From Lama guanicoe (taxonomy: Eukaryota): a stretch of 64,000 nucleotides of DNA. This document shows, in pieces, positions 1-35,070 of the stretch. The notes below the pieces were generated by a model. That model was not told where the DNA came from and did no database searches. It worked only from the letters and a program-made list of their open reading frames with translations. Numbering within the stretch: the stretch's first letter is position 1; each line of letters starts with the position of its first letter. The position numbers and the translations under genes were made by a program. The stretch is taken from positions 248,001 to 312,000 of the forward strand of contig MU053881.1 in assembly GCA_013239625.1 (NCBI GenBank). Reading direction: 5' to 3'.

Positions 1-170
1 TATGTAACAGCAAGGGGCTGGCAGAAATCCCGGGATGGGGCCTCTGCGGGCAGTGGTGGGGCATACTTTTGGTGTGGCGTGTGTCTCCGTGTAATGATGC
101 CTCCTTATGTAACAGCACCACGTCAATGCTTATTTTTACAGTGTGGCAAACCGATTTTTTTTTCATCTAG

Positions 171-23947
<23,777 letters not shown>

Positions 23948-24795
23948 GAACATGAGTGCAAGGAGACCATCGCCACCTTCAGTCTGTTTCAAGACCTGTC
24001 CCAAGTGACACAAAGTGGGAAGAAAAGCTGGCATTCTGCGTGTTCTGAGTAGATCCCAGTAGAGCTTGACAGCTTTGACGTGCCTTGTGCCCAAGTGCTT
24101 TGCTTACAGCAGATCATCTTTCTCTGTGTCCTGAAGTCGCCAGAGGAGAAGGGAATCTTTGTTTACACACGGGGACCAGAGCGAACTTTTCCACTCCCGT
24201 GCAATAGAGGTACAGCTCTCTTCAGAATAACTGTGAACCTTTTTTAACCAACACTAGTTAGTTTTAAAAGACAAAATATTTATAATGACAATTGTATAGC
24301 TTTTAAGTTATTTTTCTAGTATGTGGCTTTTCTGTAGCCAAGGTAACTCCCAGACCGTGCCCCCGGCTACCCAGTGTGCCCCGTCTCCAGGTAGAGGGCA
24401 TTCATCTCAGATTTGAGCACCAGGCATCGCCCCTCTGGACTCCTTTCTCCTTTCCCATCCTCTCTTGACTGCTCCCGAGTCCCGTACCCTGACTTCGGGG
24501 AAGCCCTTCCCGCTATCTTCCTATGCCTCCTGTAAGTCCTGTCAGAATCTCAGCCTCCTTCAGCAGTGTCCTCTCGTCTACAATCTCTCCGACTCTCCAC
24601 CTGCTCTTTCGTCTGATCGTGGTTTTTATTACAGCCCAGGCAGCATTTCAGTCCCTGCTCCTGCCCACAGTAAAACGGCTTGGAAGAACCCATGCAAGAG
24701 GGCAGTTTCGAGTGAGCTCCCTTGCCCTCTGTTACAGGCGTGCACAATCAAAGTACTATGCAATTTTAAGACAATAAAGACAGTACAATTTTTCG
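23948..24795 (+). other. GFPT2: GFPT2 3' UTR (end approximate)
   Basis: runs from the stop codon to AATAAA 24773-24778, which is followed by a GU/U-rich tract. Confidence 0.75.
24773..24778 (+). terminator. GFPT2: GFPT2 polyadenylation signal AATAAA
   Basis: canonical hexamer ~825 nt after the stop, downstream ttttcggggtgttgtgtggattttt. Confidence 0.8.
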
Positions 24796-26649
24796 GGGTG
24801 TTGTGTGGATTTTTGTTAATCTCATCCTTTTTGCCTTCGTGGCTTTTGAGGGCTCCTCAGAATAAGAACTCAATAGATCTGGTGGAAGAGGCCCCCTTTG
24901 TTGATAGCCACTGGCGTTGCCCCCACACCTGGGATCTCTGTGGTTCTAGGATGAGCATGAGGGCTGTTTTAACAGAATGGAACAAAATGCAGGAGGTCTG
25001 GGTCTCTGGGCTGAGAAGCCACCAAACAGCTGTTGGAGGGGCTGGGTCGCATGACGGTGCTTGAGATGGCTGCCCAGAGCCCGACAGCAACGTACAGGGA
25101 TGACACTCAAATTGCACTTTTTTTCCCCCAATGAGCAATGGGTGCTCTATCTTCCTGCCTGATTGTATTAATCAAATCAATGACTATTAGTATTTTATTA
25201 ATACAATCAGGCAGAGAGATAGAAAGCCAGAGACAAAGTTCTTATGGGGTTCGAATTTGGCTCCCTACGAAGGTGTTATCCCAGACAGCTCCCAGACATG
25301 GTGTCTTCATGACAACTAATTCGTGTGCATGGCTCTGGAACCCCATCAGATGTTTGTTCTGGGTGACCTGTAGGCTTTTCAGCAATTTCCCATCTTCTCC
25401 TGTGCTCTTTCCTGTATCACAGGCGTTGGAAACCTGGGACTATATTTCCAGGTTAAATTCAGCCAGTTAGAGGCTCTCCTGGGAGATAGGGAAGACAGTG
25501 TAGAAATCGTATTATTCACTGAGAAATCGTTTTGTATTTCTGCCCTGGCAGAGACAGGCAAGAGGTCCTGCTGTGGCGCTTAGCACCAAGGTGCCTGCTC
25601 AGGCGCTTCCTGAAACTCACCCATCACTCAGGGCTCCAGCCCGTGGCGGCCACTGGCAGAGGTTTCCTGCAGCTCCTCCAAAACCCCAATTCTGGAGAAC
25701 TGGCAGGAACCCAGGCACAGTGGGGGCATTCCCTGACCTCCTCCCTCCTGCCCTTCTCACAAATTAATGAGGGTTATCACTCCTGCTGGAGATGCCTGCC
25801 CAGGTTTCCACCTTCCTGGCCAAACAATAGCCAATACAGCTTCTGAGGTTAGGAGACTACAAACTAGCCAGGATGTTTGTATCTGAACAAAATCCAGGAA
25901 AACCCATTTCATCCTTAACCCCATAGAGACCACCCTGATTTGTGCTAATTGTTCCCTTGCTTTTCTTTATTGCTCTACCTGTGCGTCTGCCCCAAACTGC
26001 ACACCGCTTAGTCTTGACAACAGAGGGCAAGCACACTGTCCAAGGAGACACAGCCCCCACGGGGCAGAGGCTCCAGGAGGGGGTGGGCGGAGTCTTGGCT
26101 CATAGTCTGACTCTTGATTCTCCGGGACTTGACAAGGCTCTTTCTGCGGAACTCATCAGCAAGGTCACAGCGAGTCTTGGGAAACAGGGTCCAGTCAGGC
26201 ACCTGGTAAGACTGAGGTGCAGACCAGGTGCTGGACAAGCGGCAGAAGTCCAGTCAGTGACAGTGGGCTGCTCTGGACTTTCAGAGCCCACCGGGGCCTA
26301 CCTCCCACTTTCAGGGAAAAGCTAAAAACTTCCGTGAGTGACATGTGTGTCCTCAGCAGAGCCTGAGGAGAGGGACCCTCATTAGCACGTGGTCAAGACA
26401 AGCCAAGTACTGGTGAGAATGTGGGCCAAGTTCTCCTGGGCGTTCTGTCCTGGGGTTAAGAAGATGGCCGGCTGGAAGCGGAGGTCTTGGTGATGACAGT
26501 CTGTGTGCTGGGCCACACAGCTGAAGTGTGGCTCAGGTGCCTTTCACATCTGCCACGGAGCTGTCACCCCAGGGTCCCCCTTCACCTTCCTCCAGCGGAC
26601 TCCTTCCTCCTTCCTCGTGCTGGGTCTCCTGCCTCCTGTCTCTTGTGTC

Positions 26650-28110
26650 TTCCTCTGAGTTTCCTTTTCTGTTTTGGTGGAGCACATCCTTCTTGAGTAA
26701 AGGTGCCAGGAGGCAAATGTTTTGAGAACTTGCATGCCTAGAAATTACTTTGTTATTCACACTTGGTTGAGGGTTTGGTTAATTATAGAATTCTAGGTCA
26801 GATACAAACATTTCTTTCAGAATTGTAAAGGCAGTGCTCCCTTGTCTTGTTCCCAGCACTGCAGCTGAGGGGTCCAAAGTCACTCTGGGTGCCTTTGTCG
26901 GGGACCTCTTCATTTTCTTCTTCCTGTTCCCTGTGTTGTGAAACATCGCAATGAGGTCCCTTGGATCGCTTTTCATCTAGTGTTGATTTTGGTCTGGTGA
27001 CCCATGCCCTTCAGGTCTGGAAAATTTTCTTGAATGACTTTTATGTGGATTTCTTTTTCCATTTCTCTAGTCTCTCTATTATTCAGAGGTGAAGCTGCTA
27101 GAATGGCCTTGAGTTTCTTGTCTTTTCTATTGTTCATCTTGTCTTTTTGCTCTACCGATTGGGAGATTTCTTCAGTTTTCTCTCCCAAACTGTTTACTCC
27201 CAAGATTTTTCATTTCTGCCAACATTTCATTTCCAAGAGCTCTTTTTTTCTCTATAAACAAATATATGTATGTATATATGCTTTAAAATACATATAATAT
27301 TTTAATTAACTAAAGTCTACAATTTATTCATATTTCCTTAGTTTGTATCTAATGCCCTTTTCCTACTCAAGGTCATCACATCACATATCTTCTTGGGCTC
27401 CGTGTGGCTGTGACAGTTTCTCAGACTTTGTTTGATCCCTGGACAGCTGTGAGGACTGTGGGTGGGTATTTTGTAGAACATCCCACATTTGTGTTTGTCT
27501 GATGCTTTCCTTGTTGTTAGACTGGTACTCTGTGTTTTCAGAAGGAAGATGCCAGAAGTAAAGTGCCAGTCTCATCACTTCGTATCAAGCGTACATACGA
27601 TCAACCTGTCTCACTTATCACTGTCATGTCACCCGTGGTCACCTGACTTAGGCAGTGTTTGACAGGGACTCTGTTTCTGCCCCCTCTCCATACTGATTTC
27701 TCTGGAAGGAAGCCACTATGCCCATCCCACACGTAAAAGAGCAGGGAGCTATGCTTCACCTCCTTGAGAGGGGAGCATCCACATAAACTGGAGTTCAGTA
27801 CAGATGTGCGTTCTTCCCTATTTATTTTTTCATTTGTTAAATTATTTATTTCTATTACTGTTGAACTCATGGACATTTATTTTATACTTTGAGTCATAGC
27901 CCAGTACTGTTACTTATTTTGTTGTTCAAACTGTTCCAACTACGGGCCCTGGGAGCTCCTTCAGTTGGCTCTTGTGACTCGCGTGTGTGTGTTGGGCTGG
28001 GGAGTGTACTTTGTAAGCACTCCCTTTCTTGCACTACGATTTGCTCTGGGCTCATCTTGTGCGTTCCCCGCCCCTGCCCTAGAATCAGCCATCGCGCCAA
28101 CGAGCCCTAG
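26650..28110 (-). mobile_element. old L1 (L1M) fragments, antisense
   Basis: degraded L1 signatures, e.g. minus-strand IQENFPDLK ORF1-like peptide at ~27.0 kb and L1MC-like 3' UTR at 27.3-28.1 kb. Confidence 0.55.
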
Positions 28111-29629
28111 GCTTACTGATGCCAAGATTTACTGCCCGGCAATCTGGAAGGGGCCTTGTTGGGGGCTGGAGGTTAGGCCTTTCCTTTAGGCTTCAGGGCC
28201 GGTCAGACTTCCACAGAAGAGCTTTCCAGTCTCTTGCCTTTGAGCAAGGTGGAGATGCCTGGAGGAGGAGGTCTGAGGGCCCCTGTATTCAGCAATCAGT
28301 TATACAGCCAGGGGTCAACCCCATTTTCAGACAGCTCTCATGCCCTCAGCTGGGTCCCCAGCTCAGATGCCCTCCTTCTTATCACAAGAGAATAAAATCT
28401 AGACTTCTGTCTTTCCTAGTGGTTTCTGCCCTTCCTCCTGCCATGTCCTCACATGTGCCTGACTGCCCAGCCAGCGGTGGGAGCCTGCAGGGGGAGCCAT
28501 CAGAGTCCTCCTCTGAGGGTTTTCAAGCTTAATTTGGGACAGAGGGCCACCTTCCTTGGGTGGTAGAAGAGCAGGTGACATGGGGAGAAGGAAGCTGGCA
28601 CAGAAGAATGGGAGGGGATGGGGGGCTTACCTCTGTCTTCCAAGGCCTCAGCCAGGCTCTCAAGCCAGCCCCACCTCTGCGCTTCCCCAGGAGGAAGTGC
28701 CCCCAAATTGTCCCCACTGGCTTAGGTGCAGCGTGGCTTTCTGTAACACACAACTGGAACAGTCTTGAGTGGGACCCTCCTCCCCCCAGCACATCTCTGG
28801 TCCTGGGGAGGGTTGGAGAGAAGACAGAGGAGGGGTTAAGGCAGTGGGGCCGGGAGGAAAGGAAAAGTGGGGAGGGGTGAAGGAGGCCAGCACGCCAACA
28901 GTCACACACTTCTTGCCTGTAAGGCCTGCACCCTAAGTTTGGTACTTCTCTCCTTGAGTCCTCGCAGCATCCCCATCAGGATGGGGTCCGCACTGACGCC
29001 CACTCCCCATGGAACTGAGGCTCGGAGAAGCTAACCCCCTGCCCGGAGAGCACAGCCAAGTGGAGAGCCTGACTGGAAGCCGGGTGAAGAGGCCCACGTG
29101 GGCTGGGAGGCTGGGAGGCTGGGCGGCTCGGCGGCTGTCCGCTGGCTGCAGCATCAAGCAGCCGAGTCTAGGGCAGGGCAGGGCAGCCAGACACAAGCCT
29201 CAGAGGGCCTCGCTAGAAGGCTGAGCCCCCGGGCACAAGTCCCCACTCTGAAAACAAAGCCGTGCTTTCCTCTCTGATTTCTCTTCCTTCACCCCCATCC
29301 CACCTCTAAGGCCTGACAATTCCACCTCGCAAATAGTTTTCCTTCACATCAAGTTTATTTTAGTATAATTTACATACACAAAAAGTGACCCTTTCTTAGA
29401 TGCACAGTTCTGAGTTTTGACATATGACGACGACTCTAATTAAAATACATACAGAGTATACCCATCACCCCTCAAAATACACTAGTGGCCTCTGATAGTC
29501 ATTCCCCTCACCCCCATCTGACCTTTGGCAACCACTGATCTGACTTTGCTTTTCCCAGGTTGTCGTGTAAACGGAGTCACAGCAGGTGTAGTCTTGCATT
29601 TGGCTGTTTTCACTCACCATGTTTTCAAG

Positions 29630-29854
29630 TTTTTTAGGGGGTGGGGGGAGAGTAATTCAGTTTATTTATACAATGGAATACTATTCAGCCATAAAAACCG
29701 ACAACATAATGCCATTTGCTGCAACATGGATGTTCCTGGAGAATGTCATTCTATTTATCTATTTATTTTTAATGGAGGTACTGGGGATTGAACCCAGGGC
29801 CTCATGCGTGCTAAAGCACACCCTCTACCACTGAGCCTGCACAGCTGCCCTGCC
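29630..29854 (-). mobile_element. tRNA-derived SINE (Vic-1-like) interrupted by an L1 fragment
   Basis: ttatttttaatggaggtactggggattgaacccagggcc...ctctaccactgagc; degenerate TSD tcactcaccatgtttt / tcactgacgatgtttc. Confidence 0.8.
29670..29751 (+). mobile_element. ~82-bp internal L1 ORF2-end fragment inserted in the SINE
   Basis: acaatggaatactattcagccataaaaa...gccatttgctgcaacatggatgttcctggagaatgtcattc translates to TMEYYSAIK..IMPFAATWM.LENVI, the L1 ORF2 C-terminus. Confidence 0.85.
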
Positions 29855-32329
29855 TCACTGACGATGTTTCTAGCTCTTACCCGTGTTGCGCACTCGTCAG
29901 CAGGCCAGCCCTCTCTGCCGTCAGGTACCATCCCGCTGCAGGGACGCACCACAGTTTGTCTTTCCATTCACAGAATTATGGACATACGGGTTGTTTCTGC
30001 TTTTTAACTATTTCAAATAAAGCTGCTATGCATATTCACGTTCTCTTTGTGTGAACATGCTTTCACTTCTCTTGGGTACATATCCAGGAAGGGGATTTCT
30101 GGGTGCCACAATGTTATCAGAAACCACCCAACTGTTTTCCAAAGCAGATGTCCCGTTTTGCCTTCCGGTTTTCCAAAGCGCATGTCCCGTTTTGCCTTCC
30201 CACCGGCAGTGTCTGGGAGTCTCATTTGCTCCACATCACCACCACCACTTGTTACTGTCTTTTTTTAACAAAGCCATCCTAGAGGGATGTGTAGTAATAA
30301 TGGGTTGTAATTTCATTTGCATTTCCAATAAGTCTTGAAATAGTTTTAAAATCCATGCTTTTCTCTTGACATCTGTTGCTTGGCCCCAGGCCAGACCTCA
30401 TCTTCTCTCACAAAGGCCTTTGCAATAGCTCCCTAATTCGTCTTGTGGACTTAACCCCCTCATCCCTGAAACTTCATGTGCCCTAATGATCTTTCCAAAA
30501 TAAACATCTAATCACATTGCTCATGTCCTGTCTTAATGCCCCATGAGAGCTGCCTTTTACCCCAAAAGGCCAGCAGGTAAGGGATGAGTGAATTTGCAGG
30601 GTCTCACCTAAAGGGGCAGCTGCCACTCAGTTCCAGCTTCAACTGGAACTGCTGCCAGAGCTTCAACTATTCAAGAGAAACCAACAATTGAGATTTTTCA
30701 AGGTGAAGCTCCCAAGTTTTAAATGTTGACAACTAAATAAAACTTAAAAAACCCCCACAACTCTCTGGGTTAAACAGGCTTATCAGTGAGCTGAAGCCAG
30801 CCTATGGGCCTCTACCCAGCCGTGCCAGTCCACGCACCTCAAAGCCCTCCTAACTCTCCAGTCCGCCTTCTCCATCTCCCGTAGGACCAGGTGATGTGTG
30901 GGTCTCTGAACACACATGCTGGTCCTCACTTCTGAACCTCTGGGTCCGAGTGTCCTTTCAACCTGAAGCACTGGCCCCCAGCCCATTCCTGCTGGCTTTC
31001 CAGCCTCAGCTGGGGCTTCCTCCAGTCCAAGAGGCCTTTCTCAACTGCTTCCCCCACCTGGCAGACAAGACCAGCTGTCAGCCGTGCTCGTGTGTTCCAT
31101 GCGCACCCTGCCCCATGACACAGCCATCAGATGTGTGGCAGGATCTTCTCCCTCGTTGGCCTCAACCAGAATTCTGTGCGCATGCCAGCCCCTCACCTGA
31201 CACACGCTCACTGTATTTCATAAACCAGAAAAAAGCAGAATCCTTTCAGAAAACTCAGCGTGGAATATGCATAGGTGTATGTATGTGTACAATGAATTTC
31301 AGTCCTCACTTGGCATGGGGTGAGTGCTGCACAGTCAGGGCTGGCGTGTGTCTGAGAATGGGTGCCCCTACCTAATCTGAGAAGCATCCATGAGGGCTCC
31401 TTTGTAAAACCACAGCTTTGTAAAAGACAGTCAGACTTCACTAGTTTCCCATAATCCTTGATGGTGGCAACTTTTGCTTCCCTGTTTTCTGCCGCGTACC
31501 TGGGGCAGGTGGCAGATGAGGCTGAGGCAAGGCTGGTGTGGGCAGGAGCCCGTCAGGTGGGCTCTCCTCAATACAGGCCACACTCAGGAGCTACCATTTC
31601 ATGCAGGGACGGGCCATACTCAATTTTAGAAAACTCATTCTGGTGGCCACGGGAAGCGTGGCTTAAGGGGACACCATAGCTGGATGCCTTCCCTTACCCA
31701 CTCCTCTTCTGAGGCCCTGGTGTCCCCAGCCTGGCCCGGGGTCACAGGGCCCTGGGCCCTGCCACCCTCCTCAAATTCTGCCATCCCCTCTAAGCCCCCC
31801 ATCCCCTCAACTCCCACCCGCCCCGAACACACACCCAGGGTCCTGTCCCTTCCGCTCAGTTTGGCCCCTGCCCTGGTTACCCTACGGTCCTGGTCACCCT
31901 CTGAGGGCTGCCCCTCCTCCACAGTCTCCCACTCTCCCCATCCCCGAAGTCCAGTTTCCCTCACCTCCTTCTCGGACCTCTGAGCTTTTCCCCAGTGTAT
32001 ACAGCCTCCGTGCCTCACTTCCAGTTTTGCTTATCCAAACACGGATCCAGCAACAACCACTACTCTGGCCTCTCCCTTCATCTCACACGACTCGAGACCT
32101 GCAGGAGCCCAACTCAGATGACAGAGAACTGCAGGAGACGCCCCAAAAGGTGGTCAGTGTGAACAAACCCCATGCCTCAGGGCGCCCTCAGCACTGCGTT
32201 CCCACTTACAACCCTGCCATTCTCCTCTGAAGCAGACGCTTGACCTCTGTCCCAGACGCACCAGCCTGTCCTTCTCTCCCCTCTGTCACTGACCTGCCAG
32301 GGACACTAGCCTGCACGCGGCCATCTCCT

Positions 32330-33400
32330 CCCCAACTTCTGGCCGCACCCCTACAAACCCGTTCACAGCGAGCCGCACACTCCAAGCCCCCGTCTCCCCG
32401 CTCCCTCGCCGCCTCCGCCTCCCGGAGCCATCGCACGCGGGGTCCCCAGCTTCCCCTCGCCCCGGGCTCTCCCCATCACGCGCCAGCTCCGTCCTCCTCC
32501 TGGCTGCCTCGCTGCAGCCAGTCTGCACAGCGGCCCGGCTCTCGGTCCCGCCGGCCTGCCCTCTGCATCGCCTCCCGGCTCGCTGTTCGGCCGCCGCGCC
32601 GCGGGCCCCTAAGGGCAGCAGCGAACTCAGCCGGCGCGCCCAGCCGCGCCCGCGTCCACACGGCGCAGCCCCGGACGACTGCGCGGCCGCGGAGCGCGGA
32701 TCCCCGCGGAACCCGGCACCGAGCGTCCTGGCTCCGCCCGCAGCCCCGGCCGCGCCGCCCGCCCCCGGGCGCGATTGGCCGCTCCCACCCGGCTTGTCGC
32801 GCGCTGATTGGTCGGCGCGAGGGTCGGTCAGGCCGGGCGCCGCGGCGGCGGCGGCGGAGGAGAAAGGAGCCAGACCGGAAGGGTCCGAGCGCCCCGGCGC
32901 CCCTCACACCCACTGCGGCGAGCAGCGGAGCCGCGAGGCCAGCGCGCAGCGCCGCCCCTCCGCCCGCCGGCCCTCTCCCCCTGGCGCGGCGGCGGGGAGG
33001 CGAGGTGAGCCCCGCGGGCGGGCTAGGCCGGGCGGGGACTGCTCAGGCCGAGCCCCGTCGGGGAAGGGCGGCGGGAGGGCCGCGCCACCGGGGTCTGCGG
33101 GGGCGGGGGCGCGGGCCGGGTTCTGCGGGGCCGACCGGGGGCTGCGCGGTGCTGGCGACCCCGGCCGCCGCCCCTTGCCCTCCGGACTGCCGCAGTCACC
33201 CGCTCCCGCCCGGCTGTCATTGGCCCGGAGCTGCGGGCCGGCTCCCCGGTCTGGCCCCGGCAGACCTGCCTTGGGGTCTGCAGGCGCCACCCCTCCCGAT
33301 TGTTTGGCACGCAGCTGCACACCCGCTCCCGGATGCTCCAGAAGCCTGGGGTCTGGTTCCCGCGACCTTGGCTGAGGCACTGACTCTCGCTGTTCCTCGG
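32330..33400. promoter_or_regulatory. MAPK9: CpG island / MAPK9 promoter
   Basis: very GC- and CpG-dense; GC boxes; two ATTGG (CCAAT) at 32774 and 32807; CCGGAAG ETS site at 32875; no TATA box seen. Confidence 0.9.
32840..33004 (+). other. MAPK9: MAPK9 non-coding exon 1 (start approximate)
   Basis: lies downstream of the CCAAT pair, begins at a (GGC)n run, ends at the strong donor GAG|gtgagc, contains no ATG. Confidence 0.75.
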
Positions 33401-33699
33401 TGTTTCCCTCGGGAAAGTGGGGGAAATGTCTCCCCTTTTGGGCAGGGTTGTTGTCCAGCTGTATGAATCTCTGTGAAAGCGCCTGGTCAGGAGCCCAGTG
33501 CACATTTGTGGAAAATTGAGCGGGATACTGCCCCTGGCTGGTGTGAGTGTGCGAGGAGCCCCCTCCCCATCCGCCCAGAATCCCCCATCCTCGCGCTCTT
33601 CCAGTGCCTCGTCATTGCACACTCAGTCCCCAGCAACGCCAGAGCGGGCCCTGCCCACCACCACCGCTCCCTCCAACCCAGAGCACTGCTCTCGTATCC

Positions 33700-34085
33700 T
33701 GCCCATCTTACCTGCCTTGAATGTGCTGCCCTACATACCTCAGGACCTTTGCACTTGCTGTTTCCAATGATTGGCATTGTCTCTGGGATCTTTGCGCAGC
33801 TGGCTCCTTCTGGTCCTTATTCTGGTCAGATATCTCAGTTTACACGAGGCCTTCCTTGACCATCCTTTCCTCCCTTAGTCATTCTATCTCATGTTGTTGA
33901 ATCTTTTTCCTAGTATCTGGTTTGAAACTATTCTGTTGATTTGTCTGTTTATTTTCAGTCTTTCCCACCAGGATGTAGCTTTATGAAAACAGGTAGTTGT
34001 CTGATTTGTCGACTGCTTTATCCCCAGTGCTTAGAAAGCACACAGTAAGTACTCAGTAATGTCAGTTCAATGAATGAATGAATGA
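33700..34085 (+). mobile_element. L2 3' end
   Basis: cctcaggacctttgcacttgctgtttcc...tccccagtgcttagaa...tcaatgaatgaatgaatg. Confidence 0.7.
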
Positions 34086-34889
34086 CCTTGCCCGCCTGTT
34101 GCCCCTGCTTTCTCTGTTCATTTAGTGACTTCCGACTAACTTGTGAAAGTTGTATGCAGATGGAAGCTTGCTCTCATTTTGTGAAACATTTTAATATCCT
34201 TGACCCCTTTATTTGGTAACTGTCAGCACAAGCTGTGATATAAAATGTTATATTTTTATAATGTTTTAGCTCTAAGTTCCTTCCACACATTTGGGAGACA
34301 TTTACTGAATTCTGCATTATCTAGGTCAGGCTTTCTACTTGGCCCTGGGGACACAAAGGCAGTAGCAACAGGGTCCCTTCCTCCAGAGAGCCCAAGAGCC
34401 CAGTGGAGCAGGCAGATGTATAGACAGTGGTGGGACAGCTTGTTGTTGAGGTAGAGGAGGGGCTGTGCCATGGCATTGTGGAGGAAATGAGGGGCCTTGA
34501 GTGGTGATGAGAAATTTGTTGGAGGGGAGCAAGCAGTGGGAAAGGGCAGGGGCAGGGCAAAGGAACGACTTTTGCCCGATGTAGGGTGAGGGGTCAGCAT
34601 GCAGGGTAAGGTGTAAGGTAACTCAGTGGGGACCCTGGAGAATCAGACCCAGCTCACCCAGGAATGTTTTGAAAGTCAGAACTCGACGTTTACATTTATA
34701 CTGTTTTGATTTTTAAATGTTGGCAGCAGCTAATTTAAAAATGTTTTAAATGCTGTGAGCTAGGTAAAATACAGACCTTATTCAGCTTGGTTGCAGAATT
34801 GTTGACCTCCAGGGCAGGTTGTGTGGGAGGAAAGAGTTGGAATGAGCTGGAAAGGTAACCCAAGGCCAGGAGAGGTAGGCCCTTTTCTG

Positions 34890-35070
34890 CCAGGTACTCT
34901 CATTTAATTGTCACTGAGCTCTGGGAAAGGAACTTTGGAACCTATCTCTGCAGATGAGGAAACAGAGGCTCCCAGAGTTTCAGCACTCTGTTTCAGAGCA
35001 AGCAGCTGGAAAGTGAAATTTGAACCTAGGTCTCCCCAGATAAGCATTCTTCCCTGGGTCCCTCAGCTCT
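34890..35070 (-). mobile_element. MIR SINE
   Basis: ctcatttaattgtcac...gcagatgaggaaacagaggctc...aaatttgaacctaggtct. Confidence 0.65.

Larger units (their letters stand above)
29345..30335 (-). mobile_element. old L1 (L1MB-like) 3' region, antisense; hosts the nested SINE
   Basis: tataatttacatac...ggcaaccactgatct...aataaagctgctatg...gtaatttcatttgcatttcc. Confidence 0.7.

Noticed and set aside
32240..33622. 408-aa + strand ORF and several 145-199-aa ORFs on both strands
   Set aside because: They overlap the CpG island, have non-ATG starts where I checked, are Pro/Arg/Ala/Gly low-complexity and cross the exon 1 donor. High GC content depletes stop codons.
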